Assembly (NCBI GenBank): GCA_965208615.1
Contig: CBDBPB010000001.1
Location: 256,001-320,000 of the forward strand
Source: Spirochaetota bacterium
GTDB taxonomy: Bacteria > Spirochaetota > UBA6919 > CBDBPB01
Length of the DNA: 64,000 nt
Reading direction: 5' to 3'
Shown here: piece by piece, positions 30,131 to 40,854 of the stretch
Position numbering within the stretch: position 1 is the first letter of the stretch
Layout: every line of letters starts with the position of its first letter
Position numbers and translations under genes: made by a program
The notes under the pieces: model-generated
What the model saw: the letters and a program-made list of their open reading frames with translations, nothing else
Told to the model about the DNA's origin: nothing
The model's database searches: none

Positions 30131-32158
30131 TTGGCAAATGAGGGTGTATTGGCTAAAAAAGACATTTCTATAGACAATAACAAAAACTCAACTTCTATAA
30201 AGCCTTATGGCAGTAATGCACTTTTCATAATAGGCTTAGTATGGGCTATTTTCCAGCTCTTTATAGATAGGTTATTTATAATAGATGAGATTTATATTCG
30301 CTCAATACACCTTAGTTTTGCTATGACGTTTGTATTTGTGTATACTTCCGTTAATAAGCAGTCTAACTCAAGGCTAAGGCATTTTATTAACTATGCTTTA
30401 GCCTTAATTGCTGGTATAAGTGCACTATACATAACATTAGACTGGCCTGAGGTTAGCAAGAGGAGTAGTGATCCCCTAATACTAGACCTAATATCTGGTT
30501 CAGTATTAGTTTTACTTTTGTTAGAGGGCACAAGACGATCAGTAGGAGCGGCACTACCCATTATAGCCATAGTATTTTCTGTATATGCGTTTATAGCACC
30601 ATATTTACCTGGTGTTTTTAGTCATAATGGGGTTGATTTTAATAAGTATCTATCCCAGACTTCATTATCCGCAGAGGGAATTTATGGTATTCCTCTTGAT
30701 GTATCTGCATCCATAGTATATTTATTTGTATTATTCGGCTCTATTATGGATAAGAGCGGAGCAGGTAAGTTTTTTATTGACCTATCCCTATCTCTTTTGG
30801 GACGGTTTAGAGGTGGACCTGCAAAAGCGGCTGTAGTATCCAGTGGACTAACTGGTATGATATCTGGATCAAGTATAGCTAATATTGTTACCACAGGTAC
30901 TTTTACTATACCTCTCATGAAAAAGATTGGTTATCCAGCAAAGAAAGCAGCTGCAACAGAGGTAGCAGCTAGTACTGATGGTCAACTTATGCCTCCTATT
31001 ATGGGTGCTGCTGCTTTTATAATAGCTGAATATGTTAATGTGAGTTATATTGAGGTGGTAAAAGCGGCTATTATCCCTGCATTGGTATCCTATTTTGCTT
31101 TATTTTACATTACCCATTTAGAGGCTCTAAAACTTGGGATGAGAGGTTTAACAAAAGAAGACCTACGTTCTATTGTTGATGTTTTAAAAGAGGGGTTTTA
31201 TTATTTAATCCCTATTGGACTAATGGTTTATGAGCTAATCATTTTAAGGCATTCACCTCAGAATGCTGCATTTTTATCCATACTTTGTCTTATGGGTGTA
31301 ATCCTTATTAGAGAAGTAATAAAACAGTTTATAAGTGTGGGACAACTAAATATACATACTATTACTAGAGGGCTAAAAGAGGGCTTTTTAATTATTATAA
31401 GTGGTATGGTGGATGGTTCTAAAAAAATGGTACCTGTTGCATTGGCTACTGCCGCAGCTGGTATTATAGTTGGTATTGTGGGAATTGGTATTGGAACAAT
31501 TATAAACAATGTAGTTATTATGCTTTCTGCTGGGAATATTGTTTTACTTTTACTGGTTACTGCCATAGCCTGTCTTGTACTGGGTATGGGCTTACCAACT
31601 ACTGCTACTTATATTGTTATGGCGGTTATAACTGCTCCTATTATTACTGGTATTGGGGCAGACTATGGGCTATATATACCTTTAATGGCTGCTCATTTAT
31701 TTTGTTTTTATTTTGGTATTTTAGCTGATGATACTCCTCCTGTTGGTTTAGCGGCTTATACTGCTGCTGCCATTGCTCAATCTGATCCCATTAGAACCGG
31801 TATACAAGGTTTTATTTACGACCTGAGAACTGCTGTAATACCCTTTATGTTTATTTTTAACACAGAGTTAATACTTTATGGCATTAATAGTTGGCTTTCA
31901 GGTATTTTAGTTTTTGCTATGGCGGTTATAGGTTCTTTTGCTTTTACCAGTGCTCTTCAGGGATGGTATGTCACTAAAAATAAGTGGTATGAGATACCTT
32001 TATTTTTAATATCGGCTTTTATACTCTTTCAACCTGGTATAACAGCATCCTTTTTTAATGTGGATCATGGTTTAAGGTATTACTTTTATTTTATTGGTCT
32101 ATTAATTTTAGGCTTAGTATTTGTTTTACAAAAAGTTAGAGTGAAAATATATCACTAA
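30131..32158 (+). CDS. TRAP transporter fused 4TM/12TM permease
   Basis: EG.YG.PL.VSA..V.LFVLFG, GGPAKAAV, SGSSIAN.VTTGTFTIPLMK, MPP.MGAAAF, LGMGLPTTA.Y, DTPPVGLAAY. Confidence 0.95.
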   Translation: MANEGVLAKKDISIDNNKNSTSIKPYGSNALFIIGLVWAIFQLFIDRLFIIDEIYIRSIHLSFAMTFVFVYTSVNKQSNSRLRHFINYALALIAGISALYITLDWPEVSKRSSDPLILDLISGSVLVLLLLEGTRRSVGAALPIIAIVFSVYAFIAPYLPGVFSHNGVDFNKYLSQTSLSAEGIYGIPLDVSASIVYLFVLFGSIMDKSGAGKFFIDLSLSLLGRFRGGPAKAAVVSSGLTGMISGSSIANIVTTGTFTIPLMKKIGYPAKKAAATEVAASTDGQLMPPIMGAAAFIIAEYVNVSYIEVVKAAIIPALVSYFALFYITHLEALKLGMRGLTKEDLRSIVDVLKEGFYYLIPIGLMVYELIILRHSPQNAAFLSILCLMGVILIREVIKQFISVGQLNIHTITRGLKEGFLIIISGMVDGSKKMVPVALATAAAGIIVGIVGIGIGTIINNVVIMLSAGNIVLLLLVTAIACLVLGMGLPTTATYIVMAVITAPIITGIGADYGLYIPLMAAHLFCFYFGILADDTPPVGLAAYTAAAIAQSDPIRTGIQGFIYDLRTAVIPFMFIFNTELILYGINSWLSGILVFAMAVIGSFAFTSALQGWYVTKNKWYEIPLFLISAFILFQPGITASFFNVDHGLRYYFYFIGLLILGLVFVLQKVRVKIYH

Positions 32159-32257
32159 CACTATTAAGTATTGTTTTAGCTATATGGCCAAACATATTTA
32201 CTAGTTCTACAGTGATTAAATAGTAACTCATTAGTGTTTATATAATAGAGGGGCATT

Positions 32258-33106
32258 ATGATGACAAAAGCTCAAATTATGAGATACATTTATAAAGAAA
32301 TTGATAATCTTCCATCTATATCGGATAACCTTATTAAAATTCAAAACCTTATAGCCAGTCCCAAGTCTGATGTTAATACTATTAGCAGTTATGTAAAGAA
32401 AGATGTGGGACTCACCGCTAATATATTAAGAGTTGCTAATTCTCCATGGTATATGCCTATTATGAGGATAGAAACTGTAGAAAGAGCTATTACTATTATC
32501 GGATTAAGACGTTTATACTCCATTGTTATAGCTATTGGGGCTAAAAAGGTTTTAGACGATAGAGTTAAATTAGTTAAGACTACATGGAAGCATAGTTATA
32601 AATGTGCTTTTTTTGCTCAGAACCTTTTAAAGTCAATAGATCCTAAAAGTGATAAATTAGAATTATCCTATATAGGTGGACTACTACATGATATGGGGAA
32701 GATTATATTATTATCCCTTAGCCCTGATCTTATTAAGCGAATATATAATATTAGTGAAATAAAAAAAATATCAGTTAGCGATATTGAAAAGCAAACCTTA
32801 GGATTTAGTCATTCAGAAATTGGTAGTAAGATTGCTGTTAAGTGGAAGTTTCCACAAAGTCTCCATGATGCAATTGCTTATCATCATAATATTAAAAATA
32901 TTAACGAAGAGTTTACACCCGTAGTATATAGTGTATATCTTGCTAATATATTGAGTAAGCTAGAAGAGCCTTCTGATGAAGTATATAATCAAATCGAACC
33001 TAAGGTATTAGAGTATTACAAAATAAAGTCTCCAGAAAAACTTAACTTTATGGTAAAGCTACTTATAGACTCATATTCGATAGCCCCTGAGATACAGTTT
33101 ATATAA
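32258..33106 (+). CDS. HDOD domain protein
   Basis: LP.I, D..LTANILR.ANS, W.HS...A, GLLHDMGK, E...LGF.H.EIG..IA.KW.FP..L..AI.YHH. Confidence 0.93.
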   Translation: MMTKAQIMRYIYKEIDNLPSISDNLIKIQNLIASPKSDVNTISSYVKKDVGLTANILRVANSPWYMPIMRIETVERAITIIGLRRLYSIVIAIGAKKVLDDRVKLVKTTWKHSYKCAFFAQNLLKSIDPKSDKLELSYIGGLLHDMGKIILLSLSPDLIKRIYNISEIKKISVSDIEKQTLGFSHSEIGSKIAVKWKFPQSLHDAIAYHHNIKNINEEFTPVVYSVYLANILSKLEEPSDEVYNQIEPKVLEYYKIKSPEKLNFMVKLLIDSYSIAPEIQFI

Positions 33107-33157
33107 TATTTGATACCTTTATTTAAAAAAGATTTATGTATATCGTAAAGGAGATAA

Positions 33158-33988
33158 GTGAATATTATATCCATAAGCCGTAGAACGGATATACCAGCAT
33201 TCTACGGTAACTGGTTTATGAATAAGCTAAAACAAGGTTTTGTTGAATATAAGAATCCCTTTAATCAAAAGGTTTATTCGGTCAGCTTAAAACCTGATGA
33301 TGTATACGCCTTAGTTTTTTGGTCTAAAAACTTTAAGCCTTTTATTAAGTACCTATCCCATTTGGATAAATATAGATTTTACTTTCACTATACCATTACA
33401 GGATTACCCAAGATTATTGAAAATAGAACTCCCCCTTTGACTGACAGCATAGATAACTTTAAATATCTAGCTGATATATACTCCAACAGGGTGTTATGGC
33501 GATTTGACCCCATTGTTCTTAGTAATATATCCCCCATAGATTATCACTTGAATAGCTTTAATCGTATTTCAGAAAAGCTTATTGGTTATACTAAAAGATG
33601 TTATATCAGCTTTGTTCAGACCCACTACAAAAAGGTTAAACGCCAGTTTAGTATGGCAAATAAGAATGTTACACTGTTAGATACTAATCTTGATCAACAA
33701 AAAAGCTTATTAAACAGTATTAACGCAATAGCTAAAAAGCGTAATATATCCCTATATATATGCTGTCAGAACAAGTATTTAGCTTCTGATATAAAACAGG
33801 CTCGGTGTATAGATAAAGGTTTATTGGAGGAGTTATACCCCAATATCAGGACAAATATAAAGCTAAATAAAACCAGACAAGATTGTGCTTGTTATAATAG
33901 TGTTGATATTGGAACTTATAATACCTGTATTAATAACTGTATTTATTGTTATGCTGGAGGAAATAATAAACACTTATCCATGCTATAG
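33158..33988 (+). CDS. DUF1848 family protein
   Basis: IIS.SRRTDIPAFY..WF, VFWSKN, WRFDPI, C.C..S.DIG.YNTC...C.YCYA. Confidence 0.92.
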   Translation: MNIISISRRTDIPAFYGNWFMNKLKQGFVEYKNPFNQKVYSVSLKPDDVYALVFWSKNFKPFIKYLSHLDKYRFYFHYTITGLPKIIENRTPPLTDSIDNFKYLADIYSNRVLWRFDPIVLSNISPIDYHLNSFNRISEKLIGYTKRCYISFVQTHYKKVKRQFSMANKNVTLLDTNLDQQKSLLNSINAIAKKRNISLYICCQNKYLASDIKQARCIDKGLLEELYPNIRTNIKLNKTRQDCACYNSVDIGTYNTCINNCIYCYAGGNNKHLSML

Positions 33989-34867
33989 TTAGGGGTATAC
34001 CTTTTTATTGTTTATATTAGGCTTTCCAAGAGCTAAACGTATACCAGAGAATATAATAAGCAATCCCCCAATTAGGGAGTACATATCCGAAAGCTTGTCA
34101 AATATAATAAAGTCAAAAATTACAGCCATAACAACAGTCAACATTGATATAACGCTCCCAGTGGATGCCTTTATAAACTTATATGCATAAGTCATAGTTA
34201 TTTGAGCTAGTAAGGCAGTAATAGTTATACCCAATATAAACAAAATAACCTTATTAGATAAGGGAGTATACTCTCCAATCAAGCTGGGAAGAGGTGCTAA
34301 AGAACTAAGTGCTGAAAAAGATAGTGTAATAATTAATGATGGATGACGCTCTCGTGCCTTTTTAACTGCAACAATGGCTCCACCAGCAAATATCGCAGCT
34401 AATATACCATATAGCATCCCCGTATTAATGGTATTTAAACTAGGCTTTGTTATTAGAGCAATGCCACTAACAGCTAAAATAAGATATAGCAATAAAGAAA
34501 AGCTAAACCTCTCTTTTAAAAACATTATAGAAAAAATACTGGTAAATATAGGAAAGGTATAAACCAACATTACAGCTTCTGACAGCTTGATCTGTGATAT
34601 AGCCTCAAAGTATAAAAGAAGTGCAATAGAACCAGCTATCCCCCTAATAAGCAGAATAGGCTCTTTAACAATTAAAAATAGTGTATTCTTAAGCCCATTA
34701 ACAGAACGCAGTTTTAATATGATCAAAACAGCTATAGTTACTAATATACTTCGCCAGAAAACTATCTGAATCGACGACATCTCATCAGATATAAACTTAA
34801 CCATAACAGCCATAAGGGAAAACTGTACGGTAGAAAAAATCATTAAAAAATATCCATTATATATCAA
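33989..34867 (-). CDS. DMT/EamA family transporter
   Basis: About 10 TM helices in two EamA repeats (FWRS, RG..G, P.F......FLKE). Confidence 0.9.
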   Translation of the reverse strand: MIYNGYFLMIFSTVQFSLMAVMVKFISDEMSSIQIVFWRSILVTIAVLIILKLRSVNGLKNTLFLIVKEPILLIRGIAGSIALLLYFEAISQIKLSEAVMLVYTFPIFTSIFSIMFLKERFSFSLLLYLILAVSGIALITKPSLNTINTGMLYGILAAIFAGGAIVAVKKARERHPSLIITLSFSALSSLAPLPSLIGEYTPLSNKVILFILGITITALLAQITMTYAYKFIKASTGSVISMLTVVMAVIFDFIIFDKLSDMYSLIGGLLIIFSGIRLALGKPNINNKKVYP

Positions 34868-35090
34868 AGTCTAACCTATAATTACAATGAATACCATTAT
34901 TAAAACTACTGTTCTATTCATAGTTACCTTATATAAATAACCATTATTTAGTTTAACTATTTATTAATCCGATTAAAAATAGAATTGTTATAAGTAAATA
35001 ATAACTCTATTGATTATAAAATCAATTTTTTTTTATAAAATCTCAGTTATGCCAATAGCACATTACTATATTGGATGTAGGTGGTTATCT

Positions 35091-35807
35091 TTATTCAAGA
35101 TCAATTTTAATAACGCCGTCAACTTTTGATATGTCATAAAATAATGACTTAATACTAATCTTCAAAGGAAGACGTATATTAAAACTTATTCTTAGTGAAT
35201 CACGATTTATGTCTTCTGATAATCCAAAGTTATGAACGATAATCTTATGAGTCTTTAGTACAGAAAATATATGCTGTATAATAACAACATTTCTTTTTCC
35301 TTCAATAGATAACTTTTGTATAGAAGTAGTCTTAATAAGCTTTTTGTCGAAGAAGTTAAGAACAATCAAAGTAAAAATTACAATACCAAAGCCTAAACTA
35401 GCAGCTAAATATAATCCCCCACCTATAGCCAGACCAATTCCAGCAGTTGTCCATATTGTAGCAACAGTAGTAACCCCTTTAATGGCATACTTAAAGCGTA
35501 TAATTGCAGCACCACCTAAAAAACCTATTCCACTAACAATCTGAGCCGCAATTCTTGTAGGATCACCATTATACTTATTACCAAGATATATGCTGGTTAG
35601 CATAATCAAACATGATCCAGTGGATATTATAATATGAGTTCTAAGTCCTGCTGGTTGACCGTGTCGTCCACGTTCAAAGCCTATTATGCCTCCAAATATT
35701 AATGCCAATAATAACCTTATAAAAGTAACCAGTGGATGAAAAGGATCAGAGTCCAATACAAAGATATTATAAAAAAAGTTAAATGTACTATCCATAGAGA
35801 TTCCCAT
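35091..35807 (-). CDS. MgtC/SapB family protein
   Basis: IG.ER....PAGLRTH, DP.RIAAQIVSGIGFLG, G.TT.ATIW..AGIGLA.G; C-terminal ACT-like domain. Confidence 0.93.
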   Translation of the reverse strand: MGISMDSTFNFFYNIFVLDSDPFHPLVTFIRLLLALIFGGIIGFERGRHGQPAGLRTHIIISTGSCLIMLTSIYLGNKYNGDPTRIAAQIVSGIGFLGGAAIIRFKYAIKGVTTVATIWTTAGIGLAIGGGLYLAASLGFGIVIFTLIVLNFFDKKLIKTTSIQKLSIEGKRNVVIIQHIFSVLKTHKIIVHNFGLSEDINRDSLRISFNIRLPLKISIKSLFYDISKVDGVIKIDLE

Positions 35808-36063
35808 ATAGAGGTTAACACTTTGTTTTACAGATAATAATTAGTAAAAGATTTTTATATTATGTTAATAGCTGTTTTAGTAGTACTATCATAAAAAAAC
35901 TCAACCAAATATAATAAAAAAAATACAGATTTTAACAACTTAACTTTCTATCACAGAGCTTTTTGTTATATTTCCTATAGCATTAGTTAGAATTATCCTT
36001 TTAATAAAAAAAACACACAGCTAATTATATCAAATAACAAGAAATAGTTTAAAGGAGAAGTAT

Positions 36064-37611
36064 ATGAGAAAAGTAAACTTTGTAATTGTACTAATAATTA
36101 TAGTATGTTCTCAACTTTCTACTATATATTCTTATCCAGGCTTAGAAAAAAGTAAAACGGTTAATATAACTACATCCCAAGTAGATAGTTCAGATAAAAC
36201 GAATAACAAGGATAAAACGGATAATAAAGAGCATATTTCTATTTTATGGTCTATTCCTTTTGTTTTAATATTGTTTTCTATAGCTATTATTCCTTTAATA
36301 TTTCCTCATTTTTGGCATCTTAATTATTGGAAGATTACCTTATTTATTTTTTGTATTCCTATGATGATTGCAAATTTATTTTTTATTAACGATTCCGTTA
36401 TGGAAAGTACATTTCATGAAGTTCAGTCTTATATTTCATTTATTATGCTATTGGCATCACTTTTTACAATTTCGGGTGCCATACTAATAAGAGGTAATAT
36501 ACTTGGTAAACCTATTGTTAATACAATAATATTATTGATTGGCACGTTACTGTCGAGCTTTATGGCTACCACTGGTGCATCCATGTTATTAATAAGGCAT
36601 TTAATAAAAATAAATAAGTTTCGTCATAGCAAGGTTCATATAATTATATTTTTCATATTTACTGTTAGCAATACTGGTGGATTGCTGACTCCTCTTGGTG
36701 ATCCGCCGCTATTCCTTGGTTATTTACGGGGAGTTCCTTTTACATGGACACTTAATCTTATTCCACAATGGCTTATTGTAAATGCAATACTTCTTTTGAT
36801 ATTTTTTATTTGGGATAATATTATTTATAAAAGGGAGGTTAAAAAAGGATTAATAGAGATACCTCCCGACTACCAAAGTAAAAGAGAGCCTTTTAGCTTA
36901 GAAGGAAAGGTTCAATTTTTCTTACTTATTGGAGTGGTTTTATCTATTTATTTTCAGGGGCATCTATCTAGGTTATACAATTGGTGGCCTCATTTTGGTC
37001 CTCAAGAAGGGCTTATGTTAATTATGATGATTTTATCTTTGGTTATAACGAAGCCTAATAGTAAGATTCGTAAGGGTAATGACTTTTCTTGGTACCCCAT
37101 TAAGGAGGTTGCAGTATTATTTGCTGGTATATTTGCGTGTATGGTACCAACTTTATATTTGCTTAAGATTTACGGTCCCGAACTTGGGGTAGTAAAAGAA
37201 TGGCAGTTCTTCTGGATTACTGGCGGACTCTCAAGTTTATTGGACAATGCTCCCACCTACCTAGTTTTTATGGAAATAGACAAATCATTATTATGTAGTA
37301 TGAATATTTGTTCTGGTCTTAGTAGTTATGAAATTGTTAATAAATTTATTATTCCTCAATTTAGCTATCTTGCCGCTATATCATGCGGAGCTGTTTTTAT
37401 GGGAGCTAATTCATATATTGGAAATGCACCTAATTTTATGGTTAAGTCTATTGCTGAAGAGAGGGGGATTAAAATGCCAAGTTTTTTTGGTTATATGATA
37501 TACTCCCTTTTAATATTGGTACCAATATTTTTGTTAATTACTTTTATCTTTTTTTTATTAATTAGTTTTATAGTTGTTATAAGATGTTATCAATCTAGTA
37601 GGTTATTGTAA
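36064..37611 (+). CDS. Putative Na+/H+ antiporter (IT superfamily, CitMHS-like)
   Basis: TTGASMLLIR, N.GGLLTPLGDPPLFLGYLRGVPF.W, SSLLDNAPTYL, GANSYIGNAPNFMVKSIAEE.G..MPSFFGY. Confidence 0.9.
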   Translation: MRKVNFVIVLIIIVCSQLSTIYSYPGLEKSKTVNITTSQVDSSDKTNNKDKTDNKEHISILWSIPFVLILFSIAIIPLIFPHFWHLNYWKITLFIFCIPMMIANLFFINDSVMESTFHEVQSYISFIMLLASLFTISGAILIRGNILGKPIVNTIILLIGTLLSSFMATTGASMLLIRHLIKINKFRHSKVHIIIFFIFTVSNTGGLLTPLGDPPLFLGYLRGVPFTWTLNLIPQWLIVNAILLLIFFIWDNIIYKREVKKGLIEIPPDYQSKREPFSLEGKVQFFLLIGVVLSIYFQGHLSRLYNWWPHFGPQEGLMLIMMILSLVITKPNSKIRKGNDFSWYPIKEVAVLFAGIFACMVPTLYLLKIYGPELGVVKEWQFFWITGGLSSLLDNAPTYLVFMEIDKSLLCSMNICSGLSSYEIVNKFIIPQFSYLAAISCGAVFMGANSYIGNAPNFMVKSIAEERGIKMPSFFGYMIYSLLILVPIFLLITFIFFLLISFIVVIRCYQSSRLL

Positions 37612-37699
37612 AATACCCTTCGTATTATGTTTGATAAAACGTCTTATAACAAGTTCTAAGAGAATCCATTTTTTCAAAGCAGCTAATTGCAATATAAAA

Positions 37700-38963
37700 T
37701 TATTCCTCCTCACAAAAATCCTTATAATACCTTGCTACCCTCATTAAGTAACTCGTAACTGCTAATGAAGAATTAATATGAAAAGTATTTACATTCTCTA
37801 TAAGCTCCTCACCTTGACTGACTAACTTATCAATAACCCTATCAGGAAAGAGATACAGCTTATTCTCTCTATCACTAACCCCCATAACACCGTACTTTAT
37901 ATTCTTAGCCTCCCTAAAATAGTCTAATTAGACTATAAAAAAACTCATATAGCTCTTCAGAAGCAATATAGTCGCATAACTCAATAAAATCACTAGATGT
38001 TAAATAGTTTGACACTATCTCATGGAAAAACTTGTTAACAATATCACTATATTTAAGACTATCCTCCTTTAGCAAATATGACCATAGCGTATCTTGTATA
38101 GAGTTATTTATTACTATACCAAAACGATCCCTTATAATAGCCAGATTATCACTATGGGATAGCCTATAAAAAGGAACTAAAAAACATCTGGACTTTATAG
38201 TAGCTAAAATAGAATCAAGATTTTCCGTAATAAGTATTATAGTGCTATTAGAAGGAGGCTCTTCCAATAGCTTAAGAAGGGTATTGGCTGTCTCTTCCCT
38301 CATTAGATCAGCTCCATTAACAATAAAAACCTTGTGTCCTTCTACTGGAGACATATATAGCTTATTTAGAGTAGTTCTTATTGTCTCTATGGGGATGTTA
38401 TCGAGTATAAGAGAATCATTAATTTCCTTAGAAAAATCTATAATCTTGCTAAACCTTTTTTGGGACTCCTCACTAACCGTACCCCATGATAATTCCTTTC
38501 TTACACCAGCTAAAAAAGCTTTATTTTTGAATATTTTCTCTTGGACCTTACTCCTAAGCTGTTTACTTATATTGGTTTTAGTCCTTAGTCTAAAAAAACC
38601 CGATGAATAACGATAACACAAATCATTTATATAATAAATAAGACTATCCAAAAGAGCTATATTAGGTTTTTCAGCAAAATAGGGATATAATAAGTTAATT
38701 TTATCGAATACATAATCAGTATTGACTATTTTAACATCGGGATGGGCAAAAGAATTAATCTTATAACAGCTTTCACAGTCATCGCAAAAGTCATTATTAT
38801 TTTTAATACAGTTTAGAGTTTTAGCAATGGATAATGCTGTTGTCATCTTTCCACAGGAACTATGACCATGAAAAAGTAAAGACGGAGAAAGCCTATTATA
38901 TTTTAGTGCATTCTTTAAAATATCGAATGATATTTGTCTACCCAATAAATCATTAAATCCCAT
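37700..38963 (-). CDS. holB: DNA polymerase III delta' subunit, frameshifted near the C-terminus in this sequence
   Basis: LLFHG...CGK, C..C.SC....HPDV, AN.LLK.LEEPP, ILATIKSRC; the downstream ORF 37700-37885 rejoins after removing one base at about 37928. Confidence 0.85.
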
Positions 38964-38986
38964 ATACTAAACCTATAATTATTATA

Positions 38987-40018
38987 TTATTCCGTTATAA
39001 ATATATCCGAAGAACTTTGCCATTTAATATCATTTTTATCTCTATAAATTATTAGTCCTTCCACGTTGTCAAGGCTATCTATTAACCTAAGACCTTTATC
39101 CAACCCTAAAATAAAAACTATAGTAGCAATACTATCAGCATCCATAGCAGATGGCGCTAATATAGAAACGCTAATACAGTTACTATCCGATGGATAGCCA
39201 GTTTTAGGGTTTAGAATATGATGTAATCTTTTACCCGATTTATTTAGTATATACTTTTCATAATCCCCAGATGTAGCTAATGACATATCCTCCAAAGGGA
39301 TATATCCAATGTAATCCCTTGGGATAAGTTCTACCCTGGGATTCTTAATAGCAATTGTCCACTTTTTGTTATAGAGCTTTTTACCAATTGCCTTAACGTC
39401 TCCTCCAATGTTCAGTATGGCGTTTTTGATGCCCTGTTGTTTAAGGTAATCCATCCCTCTATCAATAATGAATCCTTTGGCTATGGCACCCAAACTTATT
39501 GCCATACCGCTTTTTAGAAAACGGATACTCTTATCCTTAAGTAGTATATTTTTGTAGTTGACAAGAGGCAGTATGCTTTTTATTCTTTCTTCTGAAACAG
39601 AATCCCTGCCAGACCAAAGACTAATAAGAGGAAGTATACTAATATCAAAAAACCCATTAGATAGATTAGAATAGCTAATAGCCTTAACTATTACGCTATA
39701 AAGCTCATTGGATAACTTAACATCATTTTTAAATGCCTTTTTATTTACTATACTAAGCTCGCTATTAGGCTTATATGAACTAAATATGTTTTCCAGACGC
39801 TTAAGCTCATTAATTAGACCATCCTTTATCTTATTGGCATCCTGATATGGATAGGCTATAATATGCAAGTCAATTTCTGTTGCCATTAAGCCAGTTATTT
39901 TCTTATAGTTGTAATGTTTAGGAGAGAAAAATAAAAAATATATAGCAAGTATAACTAAGATGATAGAGCCAACAATAAAACCTGTCTTACTGGCTCTTTT
40001 AATAAGCTTTTTAGCCAT
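38987..40018 (-). CDS. apbE: FAD:protein FMN transferase
   Basis: MATE, S.Y...SELS.VN, G.FDI...PL..LW, LGAIAKG, GGD, ATSGDYE, HHILNPKTGYP, AD..AT. Confidence 0.95.
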   Translation of the reverse strand: MAKKLIKRASKTGFIVGSIILVILAIYFLFFSPKHYNYKKITGLMATEIDLHIIAYPYQDANKIKDGLINELKRLENIFSSYKPNSELSIVNKKAFKNDVKLSNELYSVIVKAISYSNLSNGFFDISILPLISLWSGRDSVSEERIKSILPLVNYKNILLKDKSIRFLKSGMAISLGAIAKGFIIDRGMDYLKQQGIKNAILNIGGDVKAIGKKLYNKKWTIAIKNPRVELIPRDYIGYIPLEDMSLATSGDYEKYILNKSGKRLHHILNPKTGYPSDSNCISVSILAPSAMDADSIATIVFILGLDKGLRLIDSLDNVEGLIIYRDKNDIKWQSSSDIFITE

Positions 40019-40350
40019 TAGATAGACTTAGAAAGAGTTTTAAATATATAGTTAAAGTCGGAATGTCTATTTTCCACTAATACTGCAACTTTATCCCATA
40101 CACAAAGACTAATAGCAGGACCAGATATAGCAAAACCTTTTACATCATCAAAGCCTTTAATTTTGGTATAGCCAGAAAATAAATGAGCCTGCATAGAACC
40201 CATTCTAATATTAGCTGAACATATATCAGCAATTACTGAGGCAGTATTATCATCAATATTCCCTTGTTTTGATTCAGCCTTACCCTCATTAGAAAACTCT
40301 ATTGCCGCTATAAAACCTTTTATACTAGATAATTTAGTTAAATTAGCCAT
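40018..40350 (-). CDS. DUF2173-like small protein
   Basis: L..L..IKG..AA.EFS..G, CSAN..MG.MQA..FS..T...GF..V.GFA.SG...S.CV. Confidence 0.75.
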   Translation of the reverse strand: MANLTKLSSIKGFIAAIEFSNEGKAESKQGNIDDNTASVIADICSANIRMGSMQAHLFSGYTKIKGFDDVKGFAISGPAISLCVWDKVAVLVENRHSDFNYIFKTLSKSI

Positions 40351-40501
40351 ATAACCTCCTATTTTTGATGAAATATAATTAAGCTAATTAAATAGGTCAA
40401 ACCGAAGATATAAAAAATACTAATTGCATAAATGGTTGACTCAATGAAATAATTTTGCTATTATTTGTCCTAATTGCTATTTTTTAAAAACTGATAATAT
40501 A

Positions 40502-40849
40502 ATGAAAAAAATTGAAGCTATAATCCAACCCATAAAGCTAGACGCCGTTAAAGAAGAACTCAGCAAAGTAGGAGTTACAAGGATGACTGTTAGCAATGTT
40601 AAGGGCTTTGGAAGACAAAAAGGACATACTGAGTTATTCGGTGATAAAGAATATGAAATTATATTAATTAGAAAAGTTAAGCTGGAAATAATAATGAATG
40701 ATGATTTTGTTGAACCAGCAATAAAAGCAATTATAAAAACTGCCAAGTCGCCTGGTGGAGGTAAAATCGGAGACGGTAAAATCTTTATCTTACCAATAGA
40801 TAACTGTATACATATACGTACTGAAGAAAGAGGTAAAAATGCCGTATAG
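40502..40849 (+). CDS. glnB: P-II nitrogen regulatory protein
   Basis: MKKIEAII.P.KL..VKE.L..VG...MTVS.VKGFGRQKGH, G.IGDGKIF. Confidence 0.93.
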   Translation: MKKIEAIIQPIKLDAVKEELSKVGVTRMTVSNVKGFGRQKGHTELFGDKEYEIILIRKVKLEIIMNDDFVEPAIKAIIKTAKSPGGGKIGDGKIFILPIDNCIHIRTEERGKNAV

Positions 40850-40854
40850 TTTAA

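Noticed and set aside
37550-37611. Unusual C-terminal tail of the antiporter as a functional extension
   Set aside because: It runs through a T-tract into a fragment of the MITE-like repeat; likely incidental read-through
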